Shown here: piece by piece, positions 48,331 through 59,825 of the stretch
Layout of the letters: every line of letters starts with the position of its first letter
Numbering within the stretch: the stretch's first letter is position 1
Assembly (NCBI GenBank): GCA_965645245.1
Contig: OZ287082.1
Location: 744,001 to 808,000 of the forward strand
Direction: 5' to 3'
Source of the DNA: Massalongia carnosa
Lineage: Eukaryota
DNA: 64,000 nucleotides
Notes under the pieces: model-generated
Told to the model about the DNA's origin: nothing
What the model saw: only the letters and a program-made list of their open reading frames with translations
Databases searched by the model: none
Translations under genes and position numbers: made by a program

Positions 48331-51300
48331 GATAATGATGATGATAATGTATTCATACTCCGATATGACACCGGCCATAGGCCGGCCCATGCGGGCAAAG
48401 CTATCTAAGTTATGTTACATGGAAAACCTTTCACAGGTGTAAAAACCATGTCCCTTGATACCCGTCCGATGTGACTACGTATCGACGTCGGGCGGGAGAT
48501 GCAGTGCAAAAGACGTGTGGGAACTGTAATGCCTTGTGAAAAGAGAAGAAAGAAAGAAAGGTTCAACTATTGTTGATTTTACAATAATGTTGATGCTAGT
48601 GAGAATTGATTCAATAAGCCTGTTTTCATTAGCCAAGCAGTTAGTATCTTCAGAATTTTTGATGATATTGTCAGCTGCTGATAGTCGCTCGTGCCGGCGG
48701 AGCGAAATATCTGTTCTCTATTGTCAATAAGTCTGCAGAACATGATTACATATTCTGGAGTTTTTCTGTGCCAGCAACATGAGCAGGCCGGTGAGGTGAC
48801 GGAGGGCACCCGTCGCTTGTAGGAAGTCAGCTAACCCGATTTTGCCAGTGCGGATTTGGGTTATTAGAGCGCTTTCTGCCTTTTTTAGCTGCGTGTGTAT
48901 TTTCAGCCGTTTATTTGCTTAGTGGGACTGATTGTGCTATGGGGGGTTCGATGACGCGATTTTGATATGCCTACCACGAGTTGTTCCAGACCTTTATTTG
49001 TCGTGCTTTGATTGTTTGCATCTGCTTGTGTCGGGCCGTTGCCGCAACGGTAGCTTCGCGGTGCCACGCCAGGTAGACTTCAAACCATGGTGGGTGTGCC
49101 TTTGGTAGTTGAACTATTTTTGGGTCGATCAGTAGGCTTTTGACCCAGATGTGTTTCAGCTCTCCCGAGGTGGGCTATTGAAGTCGTTTGCGACCTGCCT
49201 TGCCTCGAAGTTTGTCAGCTATTTTGTTGCATGCGTAGGAGATGATCTTCAATTGGCCTCCTGCTCGGAGCCGGTGCCTTGTCTGTGCTTGTAGCATGTG
49301 GAGATGCGTGTCTATGGGCGCTATAAATGTCTCTGCTTCTAGTACTGAGATAGGAGTGGCTTTAAAGGCACCGGCTATGGTGCGAAGGCAATTTTTTTGC
49401 ATGACGGAGAGCTTGCTCGTTGATGTTTTTGACTTTTTGACTTCTTTGGGCATGTGCCATACGGTTGACCCATATGTCATGGCCGGACGCACCACGGCAC
49501 TGTAAACCTGCCTTGCCTTGGCGAAGGTAGCACCCTTGGTTGATATGGAAATTTTTGTCAATGCCATGGATTGTTTGACTATTTTCTCTTGCATTTTGCG
49601 AACGTGCGGTCCCCATTTCAATTTGGTGTCGATTTGTAGGCCCAATTCTCTGATATCCATTTTAGGTTCAATTTCGGTGCTAGCAATATTGATGGATGCA
49701 GTCATGTTAAATTTTGTGGGATTTCTGGATAAATGTATGAGTTCGTACTTCGTCGGAGCGAATACGGACCCGTGCCAGGAAGCCCACGTCTCACATTGTC
49801 TGTATATTGCCTCTAGAGTTTTGCAGTTTTCCTCGGTTATTTTTCCATATACCAAAATGTTTGCGTCGTCTACGAATCCTATTGCACTTGTGTTTTTACC
49901 TGGTCGATCACATATTTCCAATAGATCGGCATTGTAAAGTAGGTAAAGAATAGATGACAGGGGAGAGCCCTGCGGGATACCCGTTCTTACCGCAAACCGC
50001 CCGGTGACTTTTCGATTTATTGATAAAGTTGCGCTTCGATCGCTCAGAAAGCTATTTAACTAGTTAGTGATCCATTTTGGAATTTTTTTTTTCCGTAGGT
50101 TGTGCGTTAGTCGTTTATGTGATACCGTATCGAACGCGCCGGCGACGTCTATGCTTAGCAGTGTGGCTACTTTGTCTTTTCCCTGTCCCCAAATCGTGTG
50201 AACCTGTTCAGTTAACAGTTCCAGTGCTGACTCTGTAGATCTGCCCTTCCTTGCTCCCATCTGTGTATCGGGTAGGAGCCGGTAATTTTCCGCCAGATAG
50301 GTTATTTTCGATCCAATGATAGATTCTATAACTTTATTGAGCGTGTTGAGCAGTGCAATTGGTCGGTAGGTATTCGGCGTAGTATAGTCTCCTTTACCTA
50401 TTTTTTTCAGCGCTATTGTGTTTGCCATTTTGAAGGCCCGCGGTTGGTACGAGGGTGCGACGCACGCCTGAAACAGAGGTGTTAGTAGTTCGACAAGTAT
50501 TTCGCTGCATGCTTTGAGTATTCTGTTAGATATGCTGTCTGGGCCTGGTGCCTTATCGGACTTGAGCCGACTCAGGGCCGTCGATACTTCTGACTTGGTG
50601 ATGATTATTGGGCAGTGCGGCGATTTAGGATAGAAGGATCCTTCTATATTGCTCAGGTCGGCCGGTGGTGGTGCGGGAAAGAAGACACCTTTCAGCATTT
50701 CGGCTTTTTGGTCAAACGTGTCTGCTACTTGGTCATTGAATTTTAGCATCGGTATTTTGGATTCATCTCTAGATTGATGACTTTTGTCTTTGGCCCAATT
50801 CGCTAGACGCCATAGTCCCTGAGGCGTTTCGGTGGCCTTATTGATTTCTTGACGAAAGTTTGTTCTCTTTGCCTTTTGAATGATTTTCTGTTTTTTATTA
50901 TTGGATTTCATATAGTTAGACCAGTCCGTTAGGTCTTACGTGCTAGAGCATATGCGGCGTAGTTTCCGTTTGGCTTTAGTGGCAATGCTGCATTCTTCTG
51001 TCCAGAATGGCTTAACATATTCGCTAGATTTTGTGTCATAGGGTAGGCCAAGTATGCGTTCGTTGAACGTAAGACTGGCCTATGTGGCTATGTGGGATAT
51101 GTACAGCCAAAACAACCACCAAGACAATAAGGTCCCGCCTAACCCAGTTAGGCATAGTGTGGGGACTTAACTTATTATGGAGGTGTTTTCGTAGTACACG
51201 AAGTATCCCCTCGCCTCGCCTCACCTCCCCTAGCTCACCTGCCTAGTCTTATCTACCCGTGTCTTTCGGTGTCCGAAGTATTTCGGAGTCCGAAAATACC

Positions 51301-51658
51301 AGGTAGTATGGGCAAGGTATGGAAGAAGAGCTTAGGTTATGGATTGTCCTATCCTATATAGATCAATGATCAAGCACTTTAAAAGGGTAGCATTTAGTCT
51401 ACCCTTTGACCCGACCCTACCTATTTTGTACCTCTATTTTGACTATCACGTTGTGTAGCCCCTGTGGATCCCATCTTCCAGTAGTGAATGCCTGCTGGGA
51501 GAAGGTCTCCCCGTTTCATTTTGCCTATGGAACTGCTTCGTTGATGACATTTTGTAGAAATTTTTGAATCGATTCCGTGTACGCATCAATCTCGGCAGTG
51601 GTATGGGGAGACTCCGGTATAGGGGCATGTCGTTCGGCCTCCCTTAATTTTTCCAGGT
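48331..51658 (-). mobile_element. 5'-truncated Tad1-like LINE (RT and C-terminus, with stops), interrupted by a solo LTR
   Basis: 13-bp TSD TGAAGAATTTAAT (48318-48330, 51659-51671); (ATC/ATT)n tail; KAPGPD, YRPIALLN, IDVAGAFD, GFVDD. Confidence 0.92.
51034..51518. mobile_element. Solo LTR (485 bp), inverted relative to 1973 and 51732 copies
   Basis: TGTCAT...GTTTCA; TSD TTTTG. Confidence 0.92.
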
Positions 51659-51731
51659 TGAAGAATTTAATAAACAACATAAAAATAAGAATTGAAGCTT
51701 GCATTCAATCAAAAAAATGATATACGAAATA

Positions 51732-52215
51732 TGAAACTGGGAGACCTTCTCCCAGCAGGCATTCACTACTGGAAGAAGGGATCCATAAGGGCTACACAAC
51801 GTGAGGGTCACAATAGTGGTACAAATAGGTTGGGTCGGGTCAAAGGGTAGACTAAATGCTACCCTTTTAAAGTGATTGATCATTGATCTATATAGGATAG
51901 GACAATCCATAACCTAAGCTCTTCTTCCATACCTTGCCCATACTACCTGGTATTTTCGGACTCCGAAATACTTCGGACACCGAAAGACACGGGTAGATAA
52001 GACTAGGCAGGTGAGCTAGGGGAGGTGAGGCGAGGCGAGGGGATACTTCGTGTACTACGAAAACACCTCCATAATAAGTTAAGTCCCCACACTATGCCTA
52101 ACTGGGTTAGGCGGGACCTTATTGTCTTGGTGGTTGTTTTGGCTGTACGTATCCCACATAGCCACATAGGCCAGTCTTACGTTCAACGAACGCATACTAG
52201 GCCTACACTATTACA
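51732..52215. mobile_element. Solo LTR, same family, no TSD
   Basis: TGAAAC...ATTACA; flanks AAATA vs GATAA. Confidence 0.88.
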
Positions 52216-53280
52216 GATAACCTGCCTCCTATTATCCAGGCACGTTTTAACATTTCAACTAGCCACCTCAAAAGCCCTTCAAATAGCCTTACAAATAGCC
52301 TTTCAGATATTCTACGCTGCTTTTCAATAACTCTTCAAATAGCCTCCTAGACAACTATCAAATAATCTCCCAAATATTCTTCCAAATAACTTTTCAATTA
52401 GCCTTCCAACTAATCTCTCAAATAATCTCCCCTGCTTTTTAAATAGTCTTTCTAACAGTATCCTAAATAGTTTTCCAAATAGATATCAGATCGTCAATTA
52501 ATAGCCTTAATATCTATCTCCCCCGGTATCAATTTTCTTTCTCCGCCGCTTTTCGCATAGCTTCTTTAGCTTTTTGATCTCGTGCATATTTAGTTCGTCT
52601 ATTTTCTCGAAGCTGTCGAAAATGAGGCACTCAAGAAGCGAAAAAATAATCGACTTCGTTTTTTCCCTTCCAACCCGATTTTACTATTATATATCGTTTG
52701 ACGTGATTATAAGCTCGTCCGTCTCGAGTCTTATCTATGTCATCGTCAATTTTATTTGTCAAAATATCTTCGCTTAACATTTCTGTATCGAGTTCAAGTT
52801 TATATTCAGTAAGCGTTTCTCGTGCGAGCGGTAAATATTTTATTCTTGCACTCGATAACGCGTCAACCAGCAATTGGGATACGCCGCGCAACGGATCGGG
52901 TAAGGTCGGGTTTTGACTAGCCGAACCCGAATCACTACCGGGTTGGAGAACCGTTCCCGGGTAAACCCATTTGACTCGTTCAACCCGTTTGATTTTTATT
53001 CTCAATTTTGAACCTGTTGATTGATTGATTTTTCTTACGCCTATATGACACCAGCTGAAGCTGGCCCATGCGGGAGATACTACATAGGCTATATAAAGGC
53101 AGAAAACCCGAACGGGTAAAAAACTGCTCCTGCGTACCAGGTTTGTAGAGGACTCGCTCTTTCCCCGGGTTGATCTCTACGGTTTGGGAAACCCGCTATA
53201 CCCGTTATGCGCCTGAGTAAGTGCAAGAATAAAAGAGAAGAAAAGAAAATAAGTAGAAGAAAAAACCAATTCTCCTCTCA

Positions 53281-56200
53281 TTATTGCTCCGTCATTTGCG
53301 CGGCAATGGTGTACTGTGTTAGTATGCCCGTACGCATAAGCCATGCAGTGATTATTTTGATCGCTTTGGGGTCTGTTATCAGTTTTTGATAATCCAGCGA
53401 GCCAGCTGCACGCAACATATCGATTCTATTATGCAATCCGCAGAACATTATCACATGTTTCGCCGTTTGAAAGCGGCTTCCGCACAGGCAGGCCGCGGAC
53501 TCAATGTCTGGCACCTTGCGTTTGAATAGAAAACTCGCTAACCCGATTTTCTCTGTTCTAATTTGAATTGCGAGGGAGCTTTGCGCCTTATTCAGCAGCT
53601 TGTGCGTGTTCAACCTGTTTTTGTGCAATGGACCCGACTGTGCTATTGTTGGATCAAGCGTATGTATTGATTGATACGCTATCCATTTGTCCTTCCATTT
53701 TTCTTTAAATCGTTTCGCTATGATTCCGTCTCTTTCTCTTTGAAGTGCGGCATATTCTGCTCGTTTTTCCTCTTGTGCATTCTCCGCTTTTTCCCATGGT
53801 GGTGTGCGTTTGGGCTTTCTCTTTGTTGATACTTCAGCTGTCAGCTTGGCCACCCATCTCTGTCTACGAGCTCCCGGTGTTTCTCCAATAATCCGTTGTC
53901 GCCCTCTTTTCCCTTTCAATCTCGTTCTGATTTTCTCGCATGCCTGTTCTATGACTTTTGCCTGACCGTTGTGTTGTAGCCTCGATCTACCTTTGGCCTG
54001 CAGATGATCCAAATGTTGCGTCAATGGACAGATGAATGTTTCCGCCTGTAACACCTCGATGGGTGTGGCCCTGTACGCTCCGGCTACTACTCGTAAACAT
54101 TTGTTTTGTACGATCTCGAGTTTGCTTTTCCTCGTGACTTTGACGTGCTTTTGTGTTTCCTCCGGCGTGTGCCATACCAGAGAACCATGGGTCATTGCCG
54201 GGCGTACCACCGCCGTGTACACGTGACGGGCTTGTAGGAGGGTCGCACCCCAAGTGGCTGCGGCGATTCTAGTCAGCGCTCTCGTTTGTCTCGTCATTTT
54301 CTTCTGTATCTCTTTGTAGTGCGCCGACCAATTGAGCCTCGTGTCTATGTACACCCCCAGCACTCGTACAGATTTCGTGACGTTGAGTAGTTTGCCGTTT
54401 ACTGTGAAGGAAGCTTCGAGATTGAATTTCTTGGGATTTTTTGCTAGATGTATGAGCTCGTATTTATGCGGCGCGAACACGGAGCCGTGGCGTTTCGCCC
54501 ATCGTTCGCAATTCTCGTGTATTTCTTTCAATGTTTTGCAATTTTCTTCCGTGGATTTGCCATATGTCAGGATGTTCACGTCGTCTACGAATCCTATGCC
54601 TGCCGCGTTTGTGCTGGGTCTATTGCAAATGTCTAAGAGGTCCGCATTGTAAAAGAGATATAGAATGGGAGATAGAGGAGATCCCTGAGGGATTCCTATG
54701 CTCAGCGGAAATGCGTTAGTGGTGCGTTGATTAATCGTGAGCGTGGTTTCTCTTTCTTTCAAGAAACTATCCGTCCATTTGGCTATCCACTCTGGGATCT
54801 TTCGTTTTCTCATGTTGTGAATGAGCCTACGATGAGAGACGGTGTCAAAGGCTCCCGATACGTCTATGCTCAATAGAGATGCCACTTTATCGTTACCCTG
54901 ATTCCATACGGTGTGCACTTGTTCAGTGAGCAGCTCCAGTGCTGTTTCCGTTCCGCGGCCCGGCCTTGCACCCATTTGAGTATCCGGGATCAGTTTAAAT
55001 TCTTCCGTCAGATGGCTAATTTTCCTTGCTATAATGGATTCCAATGCTTTGCCCAACGTGTTCAACAACGCTATGGGTCTCCATGCCTTGGGATCCGTAT
55101 AGTTTCCTTTTCCTGGCTTCTTTAGCGTGATAGTGTTGGCGATTTTAAAGACTTTCGGATGATATCCTTCATTCACACATGCTTGAAAAAGTGGTGTCAG
55201 CAATTTGATTAGGTTTTCTGAACAGGCTTTGAGAATTCTATTTGTGATTCCATCCGGTCCTGGGGCTTTGTCTGGCTTTGGCTTTCGCAGCGCCGCCGCC
55301 ACTTCTTCTTCCGTTATCAGTGCTGGACATTCTGGTGTTGGAGGGTACGAATATCCTACGAGATCCCCGAGATCCGCGTTAGGAGGAGGGGGAAAGAAGG
55401 ACTTCTTCAGCATATTTACTCTCTTCTCGAACGTGTCTGCTATCGTATTGGGATTTTGTGCTGTTGCTAACGGGGGCATTTTTGGAATTTCTCTTGGTGC
55501 GTCGCTTCTGTCTTTGCCCCATTTTGCGAGTCGGAAGAGTCCTGTTCTTGATGCTGCAACTTCGGCCATTTGTTCTCTGAAATGAAGATTTCTTGCCTTA
55601 CCGATGATTTTCTGTTTTTTGTCGTTCATTCTGATGTAGTTTTTCCAGTCTGACAGATTTCTTTCCGCCGTCCAGATCCTACGAAGCCTGCGGGTCTCCT
55701 TCGTTGCCTCCTCGCACTCTCTATTCCAGAAGGACTTCGCCTGGGGACTAGGTTTAGCCCATGGTACCGCCTCCTGAACGATTCTTTTGAGGTAGTCTTG
55801 AATATCTGCAGTGTATGCATCAATTTCGTTGGCGCCTCGTACGACGCGTGGTGTGGGGGCATTTCTCTCAACTTCTCTCAGTTTATTCATGTCCAGGAGT
55901 TTCCAGGCTCTTCGGCGGGGAGGCGTAAGGGGTTCACAGGTGAGGCGGAGCCTCGTCGATATTGGTACGTGATCTGAGTCTTGATTCAGCTCCGGGACTG
56001 TGATACAGTGTTCCAATCTTTCTACGAGATCTTCCGTCATGAACACCAGATCGATGGTGCTGAATGAGTTTCTTGCCTCCCATGTCACTGTTCCTCTTGG
56101 CAGGGTGAGCGAAAGATTTTTACTTTCAATGATGTCTAGTAGCTGTTCGGACGCCTCGTGTTGACCTCGCACTCTCGCACCTCCCCAATGTGGATGATGA

Positions 56201-56655
56201 AGGTTGAAATCCCCTAGCAAGATGTGTTCTCCTGGCCCGTTCAGTTGACGCAGGGCGGCCGGTAGGGTAGACGGACTATCCGTCGCTGAGATAGATAACG
56301 GGGATGGATTGTAGATGTTGTGTATATGAATTTTTCTTAACACGCTTCCTATTCTGATTTCTATATTCAATGTGCATAGATCTTCTGTTGGATATTCCAC
56401 GTCCCAACTTTCTGGATCTATCTTCTCGTTGATATAGAAGCAGACGCGTGTGTCTCCTCCGGATTTGTAAAGTAAGTGAAACCCGCTCTGATAGGGGTTG
56501 AGTAGTAGGGCCGTTGTAGGGTTTTTCCATGGTTCTTGAATAGCAATGATATCGAAATTCTTTGTTTTCTCGTCTGCAAGCAATGGTATCAGTGTGCCTT
56601 TCGCACTTTTCCTGACGTTGTACTGCAGAATTGTGAGAGTGTTCGTGTCTCTCAT
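53281..56655 (-). CDS. LINE ORF2 (APE endonuclease + RT + C-terminal CCHC)
   Basis: ILQYNV, IAIQEP, GDFNLHH, SDH; KAPGPDG, GIPQGSPLSP, FVDD; CLCG..TAKHVIMFC; start overlaps ORF1 stop (ATGA). Confidence 0.96.
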   Translation of the reverse strand: MRDTNTLTILQYNVRKSAKGTLIPLLADEKTKNFDIIAIQEPWKNPTTALLLNPYQSGFHLLYKSGGDTRVCFYINEKIDPESWDVEYPTEDLCTLNIEIRIGSVLRKIHIHNIYNPSPLSISATDSPSTLPAALRQLNGPGEHILLGDFNLHHPHWGGARVRGQHEASEQLLDIIESKNLSLTLPRGTVTWEARNSFSTIDLVFMTEDLVERLEHCITVPELNQDSDHVPISTRLRLTCEPLTPPRRRAWKLLDMNKLREVERNAPTPRVVRGANEIDAYTADIQDYLKRIVQEAVPWAKPSPQAKSFWNRECEEATKETRRLRRIWTAERNLSDWKNYIRMNDKKQKIIGKARNLHFREQMAEVAASRTGLFRLAKWGKDRSDAPREIPKMPPLATAQNPNTIADTFEKRVNMLKKSFFPPPPNADLGDLVGYSYPPTPECPALITEEEVAAALRKPKPDKAPGPDGITNRILKACSENLIKLLTPLFQACVNEGYHPKVFKIANTITLKKPGKGNYTDPKAWRPIALLNTLGKALESIIARKISHLTEEFKLIPDTQMGARPGRGTETALELLTEQVHTVWNQGNDKVASLLSIDVSGAFDTVSHRRLIHNMRKRKIPEWIAKWTDSFLKERETTLTINQRTTNAFPLSIGIPQGSPLSPILYLFYNADLLDICNRPSTNAAGIGFVDDVNILTYGKSTEENCKTLKEIHENCERWAKRHGSVFAPHKYELIHLAKNPKKFNLEASFTVNGKLLNVTKSVRVLGVYIDTRLNWSAHYKEIQKKMTRQTRALTRIAAATWGATLLQARHVYTAVVRPAMTHGSLVWHTPEETQKHVKVTRKSKLEIVQNKCLRVVAGAYRATPIEVLQAETFICPLTQHLDHLQAKGRSRLQHNGQAKVIEQACEKIRTRLKGKRGRQRIIGETPGARRQRWVAKLTAEVSTKRKPKRTPPWEKAENAQEEKRAEYAALQRERDGIIAKRFKEKWKDKWIAYQSIHTLDPTIAQSGPLHKNRLNTHKLLNKAQSSLAIQIRTEKIGLASFLFKRKVPDIESAACLCGSRFQTAKHVIMFCGLHNRIDMLRAAGSLDYQKLITDPKAIKIITAWLMRTGILTQYTIAAQMTEQ

Positions 56656-58262
56656 AATTGATCGTCATTGTTGAGAAGTTCTTCGTTAGTGCTTGGCGTC
56701 CTGATGCGTGGACGACCTCTCACCGGCTTGGCGAAGGCCATTTCTCGAATCTCCGGATTCATCATTCTTGTCGTTCTCCATTCTTCTCTTCCTCGTAGGG
56801 GCTTCTCTCTATCCTCTCTCCTGGGCGATAATGATCGCGATCGTGCCACCAGCGGTCTTCCTGCGAGGTTCGTGCTTGGCTTTCTTTTTCTTATTGTTTC
56901 CATAGCCTCTGTCATTTCTTCATCGTTTGTCTCCTGTACCTCTTCCTCCTCTACTATGGTGCTCCCTGTCCCGTCGGTCTGGCTTCGTTGGGTGTCTTTG
57001 TTGTTGTCGGTTGTGATGATCACTTCGACGTTCTGCAGCGGTGCGTTGGGAGATGGTGTGCTTTTCGATCCTAATCCTCTTTCCTTTCTCTTTTCCTCTT
57101 CTCTCCCGCTCGGAGGTGTTGCGTAAAGTCTTCTAGCGGAGTCCCTTGCGGTTTCCGTTCGATGCTTTCTCTCCTTTCTTGTTCTGCATTCTGCCGCCCA
57201 TGCTGGGTGGCCTTTTTCTCCACACGCTCCGCATCGTAGGAACCTCGGCGCCTTGTTGCCGGGGCACGATCGGCTTTCGTGTCTCCCCGCGCAGTATCCA
57301 CATGTGGTGGGATTTCTGCAGAACTTTGCTATATGGCCGTATTGTTGACAATTGAAGCATTGTGTGAGCTTGCATCCGGCTTCGAATAGCTCGCACGTCT
57401 TGATTTCTCCTCTGTCTGCTAGACCTACGAGGATGAGCCGATTGGCCATCTCCGCAGTTTCTACCTCGATGTGCATAGACGCGTATCTCTTGTTCTGCTT
57501 AATGGCTCTAGTGCTCCATGCCACTCTATTAATTTTTAGGTCTTCGTGCAGATCCTTGTTTTCTCTTATCAGATATTCTATGGCCTTCATTTGTTTTGGT
57601 CCTCGTACATCGTTCATCCGCATGCCGTGTGCTATTACCGCGTATCCCTCTTTACGAATCGTCGCCGATGCCGCCACATTCTTTATCCATGCTGGTTGTG
57701 ATTGGAGGCTCTGCTTAGCCTGCGCTGTTTTGGTGTGGATTTTCAAATCCCCGCTGGGGAGCTTCCTGATACCCGCTATCTCGCTGTTGGGGATTTTTAT
57801 AGCTTCTATGATTTCTTTTGTCGTCTTTCTTCCCAAGGCCTCTTGCTCTTTGGGATCTTCTATTCTGACTATGAGTTCTTTCATCTTTCTCTTTTCTCTA
57901 AGCATGTTTTCATCGATTTGGGTCTGCGTCTTTCCGATATCCCCAGTCGTTCCCCTACGGCCCCCAGACGCGACGGCGGCGTAGCTGAGCGCTTTTCCAT
58001 TGTTTTCTCCCTGCTTCTCAATCTTCTGTAATCTTTGTTGTATGTCGTGCAGTGTGCTTTGAAGACTTTCTTGATTCGACGCGTCAGGCGCGTCGCGTTT
58101 TGCCTCGTTTTGTTCTATGAACTCCACCAATGCGAGTATCCAGCGACTCACTACTGCGCCTGGTACGGTCTCCCCCATACCTTTTAGTACCTCCCTCGCT
58201 TTACATGTTAAGTGGTAGGCTTCACTCATTTCACGCGTCAAGGCGTATTCGTTCGTGATCAT
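56652..58262 (-). CDS. LINE ORF1 (Gag-like, three Cys/His knuckles)
   Basis: CFNCQQYGHIAKFC, CGYCAGRHESRSC, CGACGEKGHPAWAAEC; SYAAVA motif. Confidence 0.93.
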   Translation of the reverse strand: MITNEYALTREMSEAYHLTCKAREVLKGMGETVPGAVVSRWILALVEFIEQNEAKRDAPDASNQESLQSTLHDIQQRLQKIEKQGENNGKALSYAAVASGGRRGTTGDIGKTQTQIDENMLREKRKMKELIVRIEDPKEQEALGRKTTKEIIEAIKIPNSEIAGIRKLPSGDLKIHTKTAQAKQSLQSQPAWIKNVAASATIRKEGYAVIAHGMRMNDVRGPKQMKAIEYLIRENKDLHEDLKINRVAWSTRAIKQNKRYASMHIEVETAEMANRLILVGLADRGEIKTCELFEAGCKLTQCFNCQQYGHIAKFCRNPTTCGYCAGRHESRSCPGNKAPRFLRCGACGEKGHPAWAAECRTRKERKHRTETARDSARRLYATPPSGREEEKRKERGLGSKSTPSPNAPLQNVEVIITTDNNKDTQRSQTDGTGSTIVEEEEVQETNDEEMTEAMETIRKRKPSTNLAGRPLVARSRSLSPRREDREKPLRGREEWRTTRMMNPEIREMAFAKPVRGRPRIRTPSTNEELLNNDDQL

Positions 58263-59459
58263 TCTTTAGAATCACCAGCGTCGGCCTTTCAAGAATTGTC
58301 TTTTTAAAGGCTACTTTATTAGTTTCATTGGCAAGGAACACAGCAACTCTGATAACGAAGAAGGCTCTGTAAGTTTTTTCTTTAATTTAAAAATAAAATG
58401 AATGCCAGCAATGAGGCTAGATGCTCGAATCGAACCTATTAAGTATGTACGAAATGCGATACTTCTTTGAACCTGTTTTTTAGACGTTTTAAAAACATTT
58501 GAAACTTCTGGAAATTCTGAAAATTAGAAATCAAGAAATTTTGATTAGTATGTAAAAATCTTACCACTTTAAACATCATATTTTCGTTAAATTTTAAAAT
58601 TTAAATTGTAAAAAAAACTGACCGGGTTGACCGGTTTAACCCGGAAACCCGCATAAAAAACCTGAACCCGTCGGGTCGGGTTCAAGGTAGTCCAACCCAA
58701 CCCGAAATCCCGACCCAAACCCGACGGGTTTAACCCAACCTGTTGCGCGGCATAAATTTAGAAACGATAGAAGAAAATCTAAGAGCGTCTGAAGAAACAA
58801 AACTGGGTCGCGAATGAATAACAGGAGTTTGTTTTTGCATCTAATAAAATAAAATAATTAATCAAAACGTCAAAATTCAAATGAGAATTCTTACCCGAAA
58901 AACGCCGTACGGCGAATATTTTCTATTGTTTATATGTTTGCGGCATCGTTCGATTTGATTTACAGAACGTGCGGAGTCCTGAGTAAGAGCAAAAAACATG
59001 TTAGGACATGATGAGCTAAAATAGAAAGAACTATTAGCTGGCTAAGATGAAGGGAGCTGCGATAAAGAGGATTCTTTACCTAATCGAAATGAAAAAAAAG
59101 CTGCGATAAAGAGAGCTGCGATAAAAAGACTACGATAAAAAGTGCTGCGATTATAGATAAACAACACGAAAAGTACCATAAACATAACCAAATCCGCGCT
59201 TAACCTCTTATAAACAATATCAAAGAAAATCTAATACTTCGCGAATAGACCTCCTCCCCTCATCGCAATCGGGCGAAAAAGCATTCAAGTTTCGAAATAT
59301 CGACTGTAATTGATATGATTATTAGGTCTGCAATGTTTTACAGTCCCGTGCCAAATTTCTGCAGCTCAACCCGTGGTTTTCGTGATTTCACGTTTTCAAC
59401 TTATCTACCCCCTATCTTCCACCTTATTATTTCACTATTTTTCGTGCTTGTTTGACTCC

Positions 59460-59607
59460 TATAAGTGGTAATCGGCCTCGGAAAACTAAATTGACGCCAT
59501 ATCAACGTGGTATAACTGTAGGGGCCCAGTCGTTGGGGCATACACCGACCGAGATTCGGAAGAATCTTAATTTCACTAAATTAACCGTGCAGATCACTAT
59601 TGAGAAG
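59460..59607 (+). pseudogene. N-terminal HTH fragment of a Tc1-like transposase, interrupted by Gypsy-3
   Basis: Manual translation RKTKLTPYQRGITVGAQSLGHTPTEIRKNLNFTKLTVQITI. Confidence 0.55.
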
Positions 59608-59825
59608 TGTCAGGGTCCTGAGGTCACCTGACATCAGACTAGCATCGATTAGGTAATGTGCCGAGGAACCGACTTTTCAGGGGTTATATAGAACTCCGCC
59701 CGAGTAAAGCTTTTAGACTTCGTCTGAAGATTTTGGTGTAGAACTAGGCTATTGAAATTGAACTCGTTTTATCCCTCACACAATCTTCAGACCTACAATC
59801 AGAATCATTAGGCTAATCAGAAAAC

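Larger units (their letters stand above)
53019..58465 (-). mobile_element. Full-length, apparently intact Tad1-clade LINE
   Basis: 12-bp TSD TTTGAACCTGTT (53007-53018, 58466-58477); (AATC)n tail; two uninterrupted ORFs. Confidence 0.96.
52880..58754. mobile_element. Non-autonomous hAT-like element (~415 bp of its own) split by a full-length LINE
   Basis: TIRs TACGCCGCGCAA / TTGCGCGGCATA; degenerate 8-bp TSD AATTGGGA / AATTTAGA; many ACCCG/CGGGT subterminal motifs. Confidence 0.78.

Noticed and set aside
52216..52500. CAAATAGCC-type 12-bp repeats as a third Helitron
   Set aside because: Resemble 24100-24230, but no Helitron termini could be identified.
56668..58031. Long antisense ORFs over LINE and Gypsy coding regions
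   Set aside because: Shadow frames of real TE ORFs with no independent motifs.
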